Origin: Candidatus Oxydemutatoraceae bacterium
GTDB lineage: Bacteria; Pseudomonadota; Gammaproteobacteria; Poriferisulfidales; Oxydemutatoraceae
NCBI GenBank assembly: GCA_965218975.1
Contig: OZ244717.1
Span: forward strand, 448,001 to 512,000
DNA: 64,000 bases
Reading direction: 5' to 3'
This document shows, one piece after another, positions 12,177-24,824 of the stretch. Under the pieces are notes generated by a model, which saw only the letters and a program-made list of their open reading frames with translations, was not told the origin of the DNA and searched no databases. Both the position numbers and the translations under genes were made by a program. Within the stretch, counting starts at the first letter, position 1. Each line of letters opens with the position of its first letter.

Positions 12177-13856
12177 ATGGATCAAGCACGGCCGCTTCTG
12201 TACGTTTCATTAGGGTTTGTATTGCTATTGTTGTGGCAAAGCTGGACAACGTTTACCGATCCCACACCGTCGCCGATCTCTCCGGTAACCCCATCCGATT
12301 CATCGAACAAACCACAGAAATTTCCTGAAGATTTACCGGCATCAGTAACATCCGAACAGCCGCGCCCCGCAGAATTAGAGCAAAACGTTACGCAGCAAGT
12401 TGATTCTCCGACAATAGAGGTACGGACGGATGTTTTATCCATGACTATCAGCACTCGTGGCGGTGATGTCATCCGTGCCGATTTAAGCAAGATACCTGTG
12501 CACCTCGGGGACCCGACCCCGTATCATTTGTTCCATTATGACGCTAAAGGCAGTTATTTGATGCAAGCGGGGCTGCTTCATGACCATTTGCCAGACATGT
12601 CCGGCACTTTGGCAGATTACGCCCCGTCGCATCACGCGAGATATAACAGCGCTTCGGCCCACTATCAAATGACCTCAGAGCAAGACGAACTACACATTCC
12701 GCTCGTTTGGCAAGGTCAAGGGATTGAGGTAAAAAAAGTATTTATATTTCGCCGAGGGAGATATTTAATTGATATTGAGCATTGGGTACGCAACAACCGG
12801 GAGCGCGCATGGGTCGGACGTCAATATACACAATTGCGCCGCAGCGACGAGGCGCCAGAAAATGAGAATCGGTTTCTCTATACATTCACGGGTGCAGCGT
12901 ACTATGACGGCACATACACCAAGCAAGGCTTTGCCGATATTGTAGAAGAACCAATGTCACAAGCAATACACGGCGGTTGGGCGGCAATGCTTGAACATTA
13001 CTTCGTTAGTGCCGTCGTCCCTGATCAAACACAGGCACATGATTATTATTCAAAAAGCGTTTCCGGCAATGCCGGTGCTGAGTATATCATCGGCATTCGT
13101 TCTCCGGCTTTGACTATCGCGCCCTGGCAGGAAGAGAGATTTCACACGCAATTGTACGTCGGACCGAAACTGCAGAGAAAGTTGGAACATATTGCACCTG
13201 GTCTCGAACTGACCACAGACTATGGTATTTTCACGGTAATTTCCAAACCATTATTTTGGCTGTTGGAGCGTATTTACCAATACTTAAGGAATTGGGGTTG
13301 GTCGATCATTATGTTGACGCTGTTAATTAAGTTGGTGTTTTATAAACTCTCGGAAGTTGGTTATCGTTCTATGGCACGAATGCGAAAATTTCAACCGCAA
13401 CTGACACGGCTACGCGAACGCTATAAAGATGACCGCCAACGAATGAATCAGGAAATGATGGGGCTTTATCGCAAAGAAAAAATTAATCCGCTTGGCGGAT
13501 GTTTTCCAATCTTAGTGCAAATTCCGGTTTTCATCGCGCTATATTGGGTTCTTTTAGAGAGCGTCGAGTTACGCCAAGCACCGTTCGTTCTCTGGATTCA
13601 AGACCTTTCCGCCAAAGACCCTTATTTTGTTTTACCGGTATTAATGGGAATCAGTATGTTTTTGCAAAACCGCTTAAATCCGACACCGCCGGATCCGATA
13701 CAAGCAAAAGTTATGATGTTCTTACCGTTCATTTTCACTGTCTTTTTTGCTTTCTTCCCTGCGGGGTTGGTACTGTACTGGCTTGCCAACAATGTGTTGT
13801 CCATCGCGCAACAATGGATGATTACGCGACGGATCGAGCGCGCCGTCGTCAGCTAG
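12177..13856 (+). CDS. yidC: Membrane protein insertase YidC
   Basis: NWGWSII, INPLGGCFPILVQIPVF, LWIQDLS, PAGLVLYW; start placed at MDQARP. Confidence 0.96.
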   Translation: MDQARPLLYVSLGFVLLLLWQSWTTFTDPTPSPISPVTPSDSSNKPQKFPEDLPASVTSEQPRPAELEQNVTQQVDSPTIEVRTDVLSMTISTRGGDVIRADLSKIPVHLGDPTPYHLFHYDAKGSYLMQAGLLHDHLPDMSGTLADYAPSHHARYNSASAHYQMTSEQDELHIPLVWQGQGIEVKKVFIFRRGRYLIDIEHWVRNNRERAWVGRQYTQLRRSDEAPENENRFLYTFTGAAYYDGTYTKQGFADIVEEPMSQAIHGGWAAMLEHYFVSAVVPDQTQAHDYYSKSVSGNAGAEYIIGIRSPALTIAPWQEERFHTQLYVGPKLQRKLEHIAPGLELTTDYGIFTVISKPLFWLLERIYQYLRNWGWSIIMLTLLIKLVFYKLSEVGYRSMARMRKFQPQLTRLRERYKDDRQRMNQEMMGLYRKEKINPLGGCFPILVQIPVFIALYWVLLESVELRQAPFVLWIQDLSAKDPYFVLPVLMGISMFLQNRLNPTPPDPIQAKVMMFLPFIFTVFFAFFPAGLVLYWLANNVLSIAQQWMITRRIERAVVS

Positions 13857-13868
13857 CGGAGATTTTCG

Positions 13869-15236
13869 GTGCGTTATGCATCAAACGACACAATTGCGGC
13901 AGTCGCCACCCCAGCCGGCAAAGGCGGGATTGGCATCATTCGAGTCAGCGGTTTATCGGCGGAGCCTCTTTTGCGACAAATCATTGGAAAGACTATTACG
14001 CCGCGCCGAGCATGTTTCACATGTTTTTTTGATCACGATCGCCAGGTTATTGACGAAGGTATCGTGTTATGGTTTAAAGGCCCGGCTAGTTTTACCGGTG
14101 AAGATCTGTTTGAATTGCATGCTCACGGCAGTCCGGTAGTGCTGGATTTGCTATTGCAAACATTGATCAAAGCCGGCGCGCGGTTGGCGCAGCCCGGTGA
14201 ATTTAGCCGGCGTGCATTTGAAAACAATAAGTACGATTTATCTCAGTTGGAAGCAGTTTCGGAACTGATTCACAGCACAGGCGTACAAGCCGCGCGTAGT
14301 GCGCAGCGTGTATTGCAGGGTGAATTTTCGGCGCGAATCCATGCGGTGGTTTCAGCGCTCCGTCACTTACGAGTATCGGTTGAGGCGGCAATAGATTTTG
14401 CCGATGAAGACATTGAACATGCGACAACAAAAGATTGGCAGGCACAGCTTCAAACTACTTGTGATCAGCTTACACAACTCCAACAATCCGCCACTGAAGG
14501 CGCGCGGTTAAGCGCCGGTGCGCAAGTTGTCATTATCGGCTGCCCGAACGTGGGTAAATCTAGCTTGTTGAATCGATTGGCACAATGTGATGCGGCAATT
14601 GTCAGTGATATCGCCGGTACCACCCGCGATGTTTTAACAACGGCAATATCCGTCAGAGGGTTGACGTTGTCAATCATGGATACCGCTGGGCTGCGTGACA
14701 AGAAGGCTGTAACAGGCGACCCAATCGAAAGAGAAGGTATGCGACGTGCTCGAGCGGCAATGGCGACGGCAGATGCAGCGCTTATTGTAATAGATGCAAG
14801 CATTGATTACTGCGGGCAAGAACGCACGCTGGCAAACGATCTTTCCGCTAGCGATGTCCCATGTTTATGGGTTTTAAATAAAATTGATTTGATTACGCCG
14901 ACACAACGCACCGCATTGCTTGAGAAGGTAAAAACGTGCACGGTTTTAGTCTCGGCAAAAACCGGTGCCGGGATAGGTGAACTAGGCCAACGTTTAATCA
15001 AGGAATTGGGATTGACGGATAGCTGCGAAGATACACTCATAGCTCGTCGTCGCCACTTGATAGCCTTAAATCAAGCAGCAACCCATCTGCGCGAAGCCAA
15101 AGGAGTCGTCAGCTCAAACGAGCTATTTGCCGAAGAGTTGCGTCTGGCTCAGACCGCACTTGAAATAATTACCGGCGAAACGAGCAACGAGGACCTGCTT
15201 GAGGAGATTTTTGCCACATTTTGCATAGGAAAGTGA
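13869..15236 (+). CDS. mnmE: tRNA modification GTPase MnmE
   Basis: DTIAAVATP, SFTGED, GCPNVGKSSLLN, GTTRD, DTAGLR, FCIGK. Confidence 0.96.
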   Translation: MRYASNDTIAAVATPAGKGGIGIIRVSGLSAEPLLRQIIGKTITPRRACFTCFFDHDRQVIDEGIVLWFKGPASFTGEDLFELHAHGSPVVLDLLLQTLIKAGARLAQPGEFSRRAFENNKYDLSQLEAVSELIHSTGVQAARSAQRVLQGEFSARIHAVVSALRHLRVSVEAAIDFADEDIEHATTKDWQAQLQTTCDQLTQLQQSATEGARLSAGAQVVIIGCPNVGKSSLLNRLAQCDAAIVSDIAGTTRDVLTTAISVRGLTLSIMDTAGLRDKKAVTGDPIEREGMRRARAAMATADAALIVIDASIDYCGQERTLANDLSASDVPCLWVLNKIDLITPTQRTALLEKVKTCTVLVSAKTGAGIGELGQRLIKELGLTDSCEDTLIARRRHLIALNQAATHLREAKGVVSSNELFAEELRLAQTALEIITGETSNEDLLEEIFATFCIGK

Positions 15237-15782
15237 ATGAGGCCCGCAAACGGGTACTTTGAGGGACACCGGTGATGAATACCTCGCTAGGTTATTCTTT
15301 ACAACTTCTTTCTAAAACCACTTTAAGCTCGTCCGCCAATTTAGGTACAGCCAAAACGGACAAGATGGTCGTCTAAATATAAGCTCCGACCTTGAAATTG
15401 GCACCCCGCCAAAGTTATATACTGCAGCACTAACTACCATATATACATGAGCTTGAATACGACCTGCAATGAAACCACCAAAATTCGGTTGCATTCGATG
15501 ATACGGCGGAATAGGTTGGACCGATCAATGGCCCCTATGTCATAGAGTATAGCCGATTCCGGAGGTACAAAGAGTGAATGAGCAAATAAAAACCCGGCCT
15601 CCCGATGTAGAACCTAATATAGGCCGGATTCAACAGATTGTTTGAGATCGCATTCCTGATGAGAACAAATCGGCGCGAAATTCATCCTGCCCAGAGAGAA
15701 AAGCAGCCCTCAACAGCAGCCTTGCTTTTCAAACTGGAGCGGATCGTATATACCGGCGTTGCGAGATTTACTGCGGTATCAA

Positions 15783-16250
15783 CTAAAGCCCTAACTCGGT
15801 TAAACCGGGATAATCATCCGGGCGCGGGCCCGGCTCCCATAAAAATTTTCGTTCGGATGCCTGGATCGGTACATCGTTGATACTGGCTTCACGTCGGCGC
15901 ATCAGACCTCGTTCGTCAAACTCCCAGTTTTCGTTCCCGTGTGCACGAAACCAGTTTCCGGAGTCGTCACGCCATTCGTATTGAAAACACACTGCAATGC
16001 GATCGTTCTGGTACGTCCAAAGTTCCTTGATCAGGTGATAGTCTAATTCATGTGCCCACTTGCGCTTTAGAAATGCGACAATCTCTTCGTGACCCTGGAA
16101 AAACTCGGCGCGGTTGCGCCAACGGCTGTCTTCAGTGTACGCTAGCGAGACCTTTTCCGGGTCGCACGAGTTCCATGCGTTTTCAGCCATTCGGACTTTC
16201 TGCGTGGCAGTCTCAAGAGTAAACGGTGGGAATGGAGGACGTTCAGACAT
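15783..16250 (-). CDS. DUF1348 / SnoaL-like (NTF2 fold) protein
   Basis: RPPFPPFT...[11 protein letters not shown]...WRNRAEF...GNENWEFD...[10 protein letters not shown]. Confidence 0.8.
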   Translation of the reverse strand: MSERPPFPPFTLETATQKVRMAENAWNSCDPEKVSLAYTEDSRWRNRAEFFQGHEEIVAFLKRKWAHELDYHLIKELWTYQNDRIAVCFQYEWRDDSGNWFRAHGNENWEFDERGLMRRREASINDVPIQASERKFLWEPGPRPDDYPGLTELGL

Positions 16251-16388
16251 GATTTCGACTCCTTCTATTAAGTGCTGATCAGTACAGTATATACCAAATG
16301 GGACAAGAGTAATGAGATTGTACGTAACCGATATATACCGGAAAAGTCACAGTATAACTCGCGGTATAATACATTTTCGGCTTAAAAA

Positions 16389-18290
16389 ATGATGGTAAAG
16401 AAAAACACAGTTGAAGTGATCGTGGTTGGTGGCGGTCATGCCGGCGTTGAAGCAGCGCTTGCTTCGGCACGAGCGGGCGCACGTACGTTACTGCTTACAC
16501 ATGATATTGAAACGATCGGACAAATGAGCTGTAACCCGGCAATCGGAGGGCTGGGCAAAAGCCATTTAGTGCGTGAAATAGACGCACTCGGCGGGATTAT
16601 GGCTTGTGCCGCTGATGCAGCCGGAATTCATCTGCGGGTCTTAAACACACGCAAAGGCCCCGCGGTTCGTGCGACGCGTGCCCAAACTGACCGGCAATTA
16701 TATCGACAAGCAATTCGTCATGCGGTCGAGACCCAGCCGCGACTCCAAGTTTTCCAGCAATCAGTTGAGGATTTGATCATTGAAAACGAACAGATTAAAG
16801 GTGTGGAAACACAGATTGGCTTGCATTTTTATGCATCTGCGGTGGTATTGACAGTAGGAACGTTTCTCGGTGGTAAAATTTACGTCGGACAGAGCCATCG
16901 CCCCGGCGGTCGTGCCGGGAATCCGCCGGCAAACGCATTAGCGAAGCGATTGCGTGCATTGCCGTTTACTGTCGGGCGCTTAAAGACGGGAACACCGCCG
17001 CGCTTAGATGGTCGCAGTATTGATTTTTCAGCGCTCGCAGTGCAGTCCGGCGATATTCCGCGTCCAATGATGTCGTTTTTATCGCCGGAAAAGTATTATC
17101 CCGAACAAGTTCCGTGTTATTTGGCGCAAACGAATGCAGATACCCACGCTATTATTACTGCCGCGCTGGACCAATCGCCGATTTACAGCGGCGTGCTTGA
17201 AGCAAAAGGCCCGCGGTATTGCCCTTCGATTGAAGATAAAGTTGTGCGCTTTGCCGATAAACCTGCGCATCGAATTTTTCTTGAGCCGGAAGGTTTGCAG
17301 ACGCGCGAGCTTTATCCGAACGGCATTTCTACAAGTTTACCGTTTGATGTGCAGCAGCGATTTGTGCGCACCATTCGAGGTTTTGAAAAAGCGCATATTA
17401 CTCGTCCGGGGTATGCTATCGAATATGATTATTTTGACCCGCGCGGTTTGCAACGTGGTCTGCAAACGAAGTCGGTTGACGGGTTATTCTTTGCCGGACA
17501 GATTAACGGCACTACCGGTTATGAAGAGGCGGCGGCACAGGGTTTGCTTGCCGGAGTGAACGCCGCCCGCTATGCCGATCAAAAAGGGCTGTGGGTTCCC
17601 TTACGTGAAACTTCCTACCTCGGTGTATTAGTCGATGATCTGGTGACACAAGGAGTTAGCGAACCGTACCGGATGTTTACCAGCCGTGTTGAATATCGCC
17701 TGCTATTGCGCGAGGATAATGCCGACCTGCGCCTGACACCGATCGGGCGCGAACTCGGGTTGGTAAATGACGTTCGCTGGCAGGCATTTGAGTGCAAACG
17801 TAAAGCGGTCGCAAAGATACAAGATATGCTGCGTACCACGCAAATTTCGGTCACGCAAGCACTGCGGGAAGGAATTGTGCTTGATCAGTCATGTTCCGCC
17901 GAAACGTTATTGCGTCGTCCCGAAATGACTTGTGCTAAAGTGATGACGGCAGCAGGACTGACACTGTCGGATGTGACCGCCGAGGTGATTGAGCAAGTGG
18001 AAATTCAAGCGCGTTACGCAGGCTATATGCAGCGTCAGGCTGAAGAGATAAAACACCTGCACGCTCAAGAAAACCGACGTATTCCACCGAATTTCGGCTA
18101 CTGCGACATACCGGGTCTATCGAATGAATTGCGTGAAAAGTTGACACAAATTCAGCCGGAGACCATCGGTCAAGCAGGACGCATTCAAGGAATGACCCCA
18201 GCGGCGTTATCACTGCTTCTGATTCGGCTGAAAGCAATCGGAGATTGGCATCGAGACATATCGGAACCGGTGAAGCAACAATCGGCATGA
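16389..18290 (+). CDS. mnmG: tRNA uridine-5-carboxymethylaminomethyl modification enzyme
   Basis: [58 protein letters not shown]. Confidence 0.97.
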   Translation: MMVKKNTVEVIVVGGGHAGVEAALASARAGARTLLLTHDIETIGQMSCNPAIGGLGKSHLVREIDALGGIMACAADAAGIHLRVLNTRKGPAVRATRAQTDRQLYRQAIRHAVETQPRLQVFQQSVEDLIIENEQIKGVETQIGLHFYASAVVLTVGTFLGGKIYVGQSHRPGGRAGNPPANALAKRLRALPFTVGRLKTGTPPRLDGRSIDFSALAVQSGDIPRPMMSFLSPEKYYPEQVPCYLAQTNADTHAIITAALDQSPIYSGVLEAKGPRYCPSIEDKVVRFADKPAHRIFLEPEGLQTRELYPNGISTSLPFDVQQRFVRTIRGFEKAHITRPGYAIEYDYFDPRGLQRGLQTKSVDGLFFAGQINGTTGYEEAAAQGLLAGVNAARYADQKGLWVPLRETSYLGVLVDDLVTQGVSEPYRMFTSRVEYRLLLREDNADLRLTPIGRELGLVNDVRWQAFECKRKAVAKIQDMLRTTQISVTQALREGIVLDQSCSAETLLRRPEMTCAKVMTAAGLTLSDVTAEVIEQVEIQARYAGYMQRQAEEIKHLHAQENRRIPPNFGYCDIPGLSNELREKLTQIQPETIGQAGRIQGMTPAALSLLLIRLKAIGDWHRDISEPVKQQSA

Positions 18291-18760
18291 TACGGCAACG
18301 CTTTCTTATCTTTGTTTGTATGGTGAGTCTGATTTGCATACCAGCGCTGGTATCGGCATCCGTTCCAAGTTCCGACGGAGTATTCAACACGAAAAGCAAA
18401 TACAATGTTGCGGATACAGTCGAGCGGGCCAAGCGAATAATCCGGTATCACGGCTTTCGATTGCTCGGAGAAGTTAACCACGGCAAACGAGCTAAAAGTG
18501 TCGGCACGGCTCTTGCACCGACTCGCCTAATTGTTTTCGGCAATCCGCAAACAGACTCTAAGTTGATGCGGAAAAGCCGACTGATGGGATTGGATTTACC
18601 AATGAAGCTATTAATTTGGGAGGATGATGCCGGGATTGCTTGGGTCAGCTACAACAGTGCCGAGTATCTTGCCTTGCGACATCGTTTATCGCCCGATGCC
18701 GCCATTATTATCAAGACGGCAAAAGTTCTGCGCGAACTTGGTGCGGAAGTCGCAAAGTAA
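18287..18760 (+). CDS. DUF302-like exported protein
   Basis: Signal peptide; [20 protein letters not shown]; ATGA overlap with the mnmG stop. Confidence 0.7.
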   Translation: MIRQRFLIFVCMVSLICIPALVSASVPSSDGVFNTKSKYNVADTVERAKRIIRYHGFRLLGEVNHGKRAKSVGTALAPTRLIVFGNPQTDSKLMRKSRLMGLDLPMKLLIWEDDAGIAWVSYNSAEYLALRHRLSPDAAIIIKTAKVLRELGAEVAK

Positions 18761-19387
18761 GTGAGCCGACAAGCACAGAAACTACAGGCAGGACTGGAAC
18801 GACTCGGCATTGCGGCAAATGAAAGCCAAGTGCAACAGGCGCTGCAATGGTTGAACTTGTTAGAGCGGTGGAATCAAGCGTACAATTTGACCGCCATTCC
18901 CCGAGCACGGCGGATAGCGCAATTGGTCTGGATGAGTGTTGCGGCAATTCCGTATTTACATCCGACCCGGGTTTTAGATGTGGGTAGCGGCGCTGGGGTG
19001 CCGGGGATTGCGCTGGCAATTTTCGCCCCGCAATTTTCCTATACTCTGGTGGACAGTTGTTTTAAGAAAATACGATTTATGCGGCAGGCAGTGCTAGAAT
19101 TGAATCTATCTAACGTCGCTGTTCTGCATCAGAATATTGAGGCGCTGCCTGCCGAACGATTGTACGATACGATTATTTCCCGCGCGTTCACGGATATGCG
19201 GCGGTTTTTTGATGCGACTCAATGTTACGGGGCACGGCAGGCGCACTGGTTGACATTTAAAGGAGCAAGAAGCGGAGCGAAAGAAGCGGCATTGCTTTTG
19301 CAAGAGCAAATACAGTGCAGCACGTTTCCGCTTGCCGTCCCGGGATTGAACGTCGAAACCGTGTTATTGAAAATACAAACAACGTAA
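18761..19387 (+). CDS. rsmG: 16S rRNA m7G527 methyltransferase
   Basis: WNQAYNLTAI, LDVGSGAGVPGI, ISRAF. Confidence 0.93.
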   Translation: MSRQAQKLQAGLERLGIAANESQVQQALQWLNLLERWNQAYNLTAIPRARRIAQLVWMSVAAIPYLHPTRVLDVGSGAGVPGIALAIFAPQFSYTLVDSCFKKIRFMRQAVLELNLSNVAVLHQNIEALPAERLYDTIISRAFTDMRRFFDATQCYGARQAHWLTFKGARSGAKEAALLLQEQIQCSTFPLAVPGLNVETVLLKIQTT

Positions 19388-20160
19388 TGAGCAATATCTA
19401 TGCAATTACCAACCAAAAAGGCGGTGTTGGTAAAACGACGACCACAATCAATCTTGCCGCATCGCTTACTGCGACCGGGCAACGGGTATTGCTGATAGAC
19501 ATTGATCCGCAGGGTAACGCAACTATCGGCAGCGGAATTGATAAAAGCGCATTAGATGTAACCGTTACCGACTTGTTGTTGGCACAACGAGCGTCGCAGG
19601 ATGCAATTGTCCGTGCCGAATACGGCGGGTATGACGTCATTGGCGCCGATAGCATGCTTACGGTCGCTGAGGTTCGTCTGTTAGAAATGGATGAGCGCGA
19701 ATATCGGCTACGCAAAGTATTGTGGCCATTAACCGGGCGGTATACATTTATTTTGCTGGATTGTCCGCCGACATTAAGCACTTTGACAGTCAACGCGCTC
19801 GTTGCCGCCACCGGTATCATTATTCCGGTTCAGTGCGAGTACTATGCGCTGGAAGGGTTATCGTCATTACTGCAAACTATCCAACGAATCCGGGAAACGG
19901 TTAGCCCCGAACTGAAGATTGAAGGAGTATTACGCACCATGTTTGACCCGCGCAATAATTTGTCGCGTGATGTGTCGGAGCGTTTGCGTGAGCGTTTTGG
20001 CGACAGCTTATATCAGACGATTATACCGCGCAATGTCAGCCTTGCCGAAGCGCCAAGTCACGGAATGCCGACGTTGCAGTATGATAAACGCGCGCGAGGT
20101 GCGCAAGCCTATTTAATGTTGGCGGGTGAAATTTTGAGCCGTGCTGCCGCCACAAAATAA
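19387..20160 (+). CDS. parA: Chromosome partitioning ATPase ParA
   Basis: NQKGGVGKTTT, DIDPQGNAT, DCPP, PVQCEYYALEG, IPRNVSLAEAPSHG. Confidence 0.96.
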   Translation: MSNIYAITNQKGGVGKTTTTINLAASLTATGQRVLLIDIDPQGNATIGSGIDKSALDVTVTDLLLAQRASQDAIVRAEYGGYDVIGADSMLTVAEVRLLEMDEREYRLRKVLWPLTGRYTFILLDCPPTLSTLTVNALVAATGIIIPVQCEYYALEGLSSLLQTIQRIRETVSPELKIEGVLRTMFDPRNNLSRDVSERLRERFGDSLYQTIIPRNVSLAEAPSHGMPTLQYDKRARGAQAYLMLAGEILSRAAATK

Positions 20161-20175
20161 CGATTAAACGGAGGA

Positions 20176-21057
20176 GTGATGGCAAAACAACGTAAAGGTC
20201 TCGGCAATTTGGGCGTGGATGCCTTATTGTCGACCAAATCGCTTGAGACATACACCAAACCTTACAGCACATCAGATAGCTATGAGTTCACTTATCTGGG
20301 GGTCGAACGAATCCGTCCCAACCGCTACCAGCCGCGTATCCGTATAGATGAACAAGGATTGGAAGAATTGGCGCGGTCAATGCGAGAGCAAGGCTTGATT
20401 CAGCCGGTAGTCGTTCGCGCCCTTCCGGGTAAGCCCAACAATTATGAATTGATTACCGGTGAGCGACGCTGGCGCGCAGCGCAACGCATCGGATTGGAAC
20501 AAATCCCGGCGGTAATCCGACAGGCCGACGAGCAGCAAGCCGCTATATTGTCATTGGTTGAAAACATACAGCGTGCCGAACTAAATGCACTGGAAGAAGC
20601 AGCGGCACTACAGAATACTATCGAGCAGTTTTCTTTGACGCATGAAGCGGTGGCGGCTTTGATCGGACGTTCGCGAACGACAGTAACCAATTTGATTCGA
20701 CTACTGGAGCTAGATGACCGGGTACAGCAGTTGCTCAACGAAGGCATGCTTGAGATGGGGCACGCGCGCGTATTGTTGCGATTAAAGAAAAACAAGCAAG
20801 CGGCGGCGGCGCAGAAAATCGTGCAGCAAAAAATGACGGTACGTCAAACCGAAATATACGTCGCGCATTTGCTTAAAGGAAAACCGCCATCCCCAAAGAC
20901 AACGCGCGCTCCTGAGATCACCGCTTTGGAGCGTAAACTAACCGAACGGTTGAACACACCGGTACAAATTAAGCATCAGGAATCCGGCGGCGGAAAATTG
21001 ATAATTCGCTATACAAATTTAGCAGTGCTGGATGGGATTCTGGAAAAAATTCGCTGA
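20176..21057 (+). CDS. parB: Chromosome partitioning protein ParB
   Basis: PNRYQPR, GERRWRAA, LVENIQR, GRSRTTVTNLIRLL. Confidence 0.95.
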   Translation: MMAKQRKGLGNLGVDALLSTKSLETYTKPYSTSDSYEFTYLGVERIRPNRYQPRIRIDEQGLEELARSMREQGLIQPVVVRALPGKPNNYELITGERRWRAAQRIGLEQIPAVIRQADEQQAAILSLVENIQRAELNALEEAAALQNTIEQFSLTHEAVAALIGRSRTTVTNLIRLLELDDRVQQLLNEGMLEMGHARVLLRLKKNKQAAAAQKIVQQKMTVRQTEIYVAHLLKGKPPSPKTTRAPEITALERKLTERLNTPVQIKHQESGGGKLIIRYTNLAVLDGILEKIR

Positions 21058-21082
21058 ATATTTATATTGAAGAAGGGGAAGA

Positions 21083-22021
21083 ATGCGACTGTTTCGTAAT
21101 GGCGATGGTTTACATCGCGCCCAAGCCGCAAGTGCGGCGACAATCGGTGGGTTTGATGGAATGCATTGCGGCCATCAGGCGGTGTTTGCCAGACTACATG
21201 AAATCGCCGCCGCTAAAAAATTGCCGACAACGGTAATCCTTTTTGAACCGCTGCCGCATTCATTTTTCCATCAAAATACGGCACAACGGTTGGTTTCGTT
21301 ACGCGACCGTTTGGAATTTTTGCAGGCAGCGGGAGTGGACCAAGTCGTTTGTTTGTCATTTAATCAACGGCTTGCGACACGTTCGGCGCAAGAGTTCATT
21401 GATGACATTTTAGTGCGCGGATTAAAGATTCGCTGTTTATTAACCGGCGATGATTTTCGCTTTGGGAAAAATCGTGAAGGGAATTTTGCTTTGTTGCAAC
21501 AAACGGGTCAAAAATACCGATTCTGTGTTGAGCAAGTTCCGCCATTCGTTCAAGGAGAAAGACGGGTGAGTAGCACATGGATTCGTGAAGTGTTGGCCGC
21601 AGGTGATTTTACTATGGCGGCAAGGTTACTCGGGCGCGCATATACCATTACGGGACGAGTCGGTTACGGGGACGGAAGGGGTCGGCAATTGGGATTTCCC
21701 ACGGCCAACTTGATAACTGGCAAGTATCCCTTATCATTGCGCGGTGTATTTGTCGGCGAAGTGCGGGATCAATCATTATCCGAAGCCGCACCGGCAAAAC
21801 CATGTTTGTTAAATGCCGGATATCGTCCGACGTTCAATAAGCAAATATATCGCTTGGAAGTGCATATCATGAACTTTGAAAGTGATTTGTACGGGCATCA
21901 TCTGCAAGTCCGCCCGTTAAAAAAACTACGTGATGAAAAACGCTTTGACAATCATGCCGTACTGCAGGCAAATATGCGGCAGGATTTAGAACAAGCGATG
22001 GAGTTTTGGGCGGTTGGCTGA
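21083..22021 (+). CDS. ribF: Riboflavin kinase/FAD synthetase
   Basis: [36 protein letters not shown]. Confidence 0.95.
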   Translation: MRLFRNGDGLHRAQAASAATIGGFDGMHCGHQAVFARLHEIAAAKKLPTTVILFEPLPHSFFHQNTAQRLVSLRDRLEFLQAAGVDQVVCLSFNQRLATRSAQEFIDDILVRGLKIRCLLTGDDFRFGKNREGNFALLQQTGQKYRFCVEQVPPFVQGERRVSSTWIREVLAAGDFTMAARLLGRAYTITGRVGYGDGRGRQLGFPTANLITGKYPLSLRGVFVGEVRDQSLSEAAPAKPCLLNAGYRPTFNKQIYRLEVHIMNFESDLYGHHLQVRPLKKLRDEKRFDNHAVLQANMRQDLEQAMEFWAVG

Positions 22022-24824
22022 TTACAAGGGCACCTTAAATCTACCGCGAACTGATTTTCCGATGCGAGCAAATCTTGCGCTACGAGAGCCGGAAATATTG
22101 CGGCGTTGGCAAGCAATGAAACTCTATGAAAGCTTGCGTCGAAAGCGTCGCGGAAAGCCGCAGTTTATTCTGCATGACGGCCCGCCGTATGCGAACGGTG
22201 ACATTCATATGGGTCATGCGGTGAATAAAATTCTAAAGGATATTGTCGTCAAAAGTCGTTTGCTTGACGGAATGGATGTGCCCTATGTGCCGGGATGGGA
22301 TTGTCATGGGCTTCCGGTCGAGATGGAAGTTGAAAAAACTCACGGCGCTCCGAAGTCCGCTGCGGATGCCAAACGATTTCGTCTTCAGTGTCGCGAATAT
22401 GCCGGCAAGCAAGTTACTGTGCAACGTGAGAATTTTATTCGCTTGGGGATTCTCGGTGATTGGGAGAATCCTTATTTGAGCATGGATTATCGGACCGAAG
22501 CAGATATTTTACGCACTCTTGGGCGGATCATTGACAACGGTTACTTCTATCGGAGTGCGCGTCCCGTCTATTGGTGCCCGGAGTGCGAATCATCGCTGGC
22601 GGAGGCAGAGGTAGATTATGCCGAAAAAGAATCCGTCGCAGTAGATGTTTTGTTTCGTGCGGCGAATGTTGAGGAGATGGCACGGCGCTTTGGGACCGCG
22701 CCCGATCAACCCATAGGAGTTGCGGTTTGGACAACGACACCGTGGACCCTGCCGGCCAATCGTGCAGTTGCACTTCATCCCGACTACGATTATGTTCTGG
22801 TAGATGTGCCTCAGGGCAGAGTTATTGTTGCGGCGCCGGTATTAAAGGCGTGGCTTGCGCGTTGTGTTATTAACGATCATCGGATTATCGCGCGATGTCG
22901 GGGCAAACAGCTGCAAGGGCATCGCTTGCAGCATCCGTTTTATGCGCGCGAGGTGCCCGTAGTACTTGCCGATTACATCACCTTGGATATCGGCAGCGGT
23001 GCGGTACACATTGCGCCTGCGCATGGCGAGGATGACTACCGCACCGGTCTTGTGTATCAGTTGGAGGTTGATAATCCGGTCGATTCGCGCGGAGTGTTTC
23101 TCCCGACGACTCCTCAGTTCGCCGGATTGCCGGTACGCAGTGTCCACACCGCGATCATTGAAGCATTAAAACAAAAAAATACATTATTGTTTACTCATCG
23201 GTATACGCATAGCTATCCGCACTGTTGGCGGCATAAAACGCCGATCATTTTCCGGGCCACCGCGCAATGGTTTTTGCAACTGAGTTCAAATAATAATACT
23301 GGCATGCAAAGTTTGCGTGAACAAGCCCTAAGCGTCTGTGAATCGGTATGTTGGACACCCGATTGGAGTCAGTCAAGAATGCGTAATATGCTTATTAACC
23401 GGCCTGATTGGTGCTTGTCGCGCCAGCGCAAATGGGGCGTGCCGATCGCGGTGCTTATTCACAAACGTACCCGCTTATTGCACCCGAAGACAAGCCAAAT
23501 CCTCGAACAGGTGGCGCAAAGGATTACGCAAGAGGGAGTTCAGGCATGGTTTGACTTATCCGCTGAAGATCTCATCGGTGATGAGGCCTCAGATTATGAA
23601 AAAGTATGTGACATTCTAGACGTATGGTTCGATTCGGGTTCGACATGTGCAAGCGTGTTGCGCACTCGCGAGGAATTGCAAGCACCGGCGGATTTGTATC
23701 TGGAAGGGTCGGACCAACACCGCGGATGGTTTCAGTCATCATTGCTGACATCGCTTGCGGCGTACCGTGAAGCGCCGTACCGCGGTGTTCTAACTCATGG
23801 ATTTACTGTGGACGCTGAGGGACGGAAGATGTCAAAGTCGCGCGGAAACGTTATTGCTCCGCAAAAAATTATTCGCACACTCGGTGCCGACACGCTACGC
23901 TTATGGGTTGCGGCATCCGATTTCGGCAATGAAATAACCGTTTCGGATGAAATCCTCAAGCGGACGACCGAAACATATCGCAGAATGCGCAATACGGCTC
24001 GTTTTTTATTGGGGAACTTGTTCGACTTTGATCCGGCTACGGATATGCTAGCGGTTGACCGATTGCTGTCGCTGGATTGGTGGGCATTGGATTGTGCCGC
24101 CAAGTTACAAGCGGAAATTCGGCAATATTACTCCGAGTATAAATTCCATCAGATTTACCAAGGTATTCATAACTTCTGTAACACTAAAATGGGCGGGTTT
24201 TATTTGGACATCATAAAAGATCGTTTATATACGACTCAGGCGAACGGACACATCCGCCGCTCGGCGCAGACGGCGATGTTTCATATTGTTCATGCGCTGG
24301 CACGTTGGTTAGCGCCGATTATGAGCTTTACCGCCGAAGAGATTTATCGTGCGATTCCCGGTGATATCGCCGACAGTGTTTTTTTCTGCGAGTGGTATCC
24401 TTTGCCATCGACAAGCAACGCCACGGGGCTATCGACAAGCGAATGGGAAACGATTATTGCGATGCGTGAACAGGTTGCCAAACATCTTGAGAAGCTTCGT
24501 ATCGAAAAGCAAATCGGTTCGCCGTTGGATGCAGAAATCACGTTGTTTTGTGATGATCAACGAAGACAAACTTTTGTCAAGCTGAAAGATGAATTACGCT
24601 TTGTGCTGATAACCTCGGCAGCGGAAATATCTTCGACCTGTCTGGCGGATTCATACCGGATTGACAGCGGGTTGTGGCTGAAAGCGGTCGCAAGCAAGGC
24701 GAAAAAATGCGTGCGGTGCTGGCACAAGCGGGATGAAGTCGGAACCATTGCACAATTCGCGGGTTTATGCTGGCGATGTCATGATAACGTCAACGGTGAC
24801 GGCGAGCAACGGTTCTATGCATAA
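22014..24824 (+). CDS. ileS: Isoleucine-tRNA ligase
   Basis: [41 protein letters not shown]-terminal Zn motif. Confidence 0.97.
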   Translation: MADYKGTLNLPRTDFPMRANLALREPEILRRWQAMKLYESLRRKRRGKPQFILHDGPPYANGDIHMGHAVNKILKDIVVKSRLLDGMDVPYVPGWDCHGLPVEMEVEKTHGAPKSAADAKRFRLQCREYAGKQVTVQRENFIRLGILGDWENPYLSMDYRTEADILRTLGRIIDNGYFYRSARPVYWCPECESSLAEAEVDYAEKESVAVDVLFRAANVEEMARRFGTAPDQPIGVAVWTTTPWTLPANRAVALHPDYDYVLVDVPQGRVIVAAPVLKAWLARCVINDHRIIARCRGKQLQGHRLQHPFYAREVPVVLADYITLDIGSGAVHIAPAHGEDDYRTGLVYQLEVDNPVDSRGVFLPTTPQFAGLPVRSVHTAIIEALKQKNTLLFTHRYTHSYPHCWRHKTPIIFRATAQWFLQLSSNNNTGMQSLREQALSVCESVCWTPDWSQSRMRNMLINRPDWCLSRQRKWGVPIAVLIHKRTRLLHPKTSQILEQVAQRITQEGVQAWFDLSAEDLIGDEASDYEKVCDILDVWFDSGSTCASVLRTREELQAPADLYLEGSDQHRGWFQSSLLTSLAAYREAPYRGVLTHGFTVDAEGRKMSKSRGNVIAPQKIIRTLGADTLRLWVAASDFGNEITVSDEILKRTTETYRRMRNTARFLLGNLFDFDPATDMLAVDRLLSLDWWALDCAAKLQAEIRQYYSEYKFHQIYQGIHNFCNTKMGGFYLDIIKDRLYTTQANGHIRRSAQTAMFHIVHALARWLAPIMSFTAEEIYRAIPGDIADSVFFCEWYPLPSTSNATGLSTSEWETIIAMREQVAKHLEKLRIEKQIGSPLDAEITLFCDDQRRQTFVKLKDELRFVLITSAAEISSTCLADSYRIDSGLWLKAVASKAKKCVRCWHKRDEVGTIAQFAGLCWRCHDNVNGDGEQRFYA

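Noticed and set aside
15237-15782. oriC or a gene between mnmE and the DUF1348 gene
   Set aside because: No DnaA-box cluster or convincing ORF seen.
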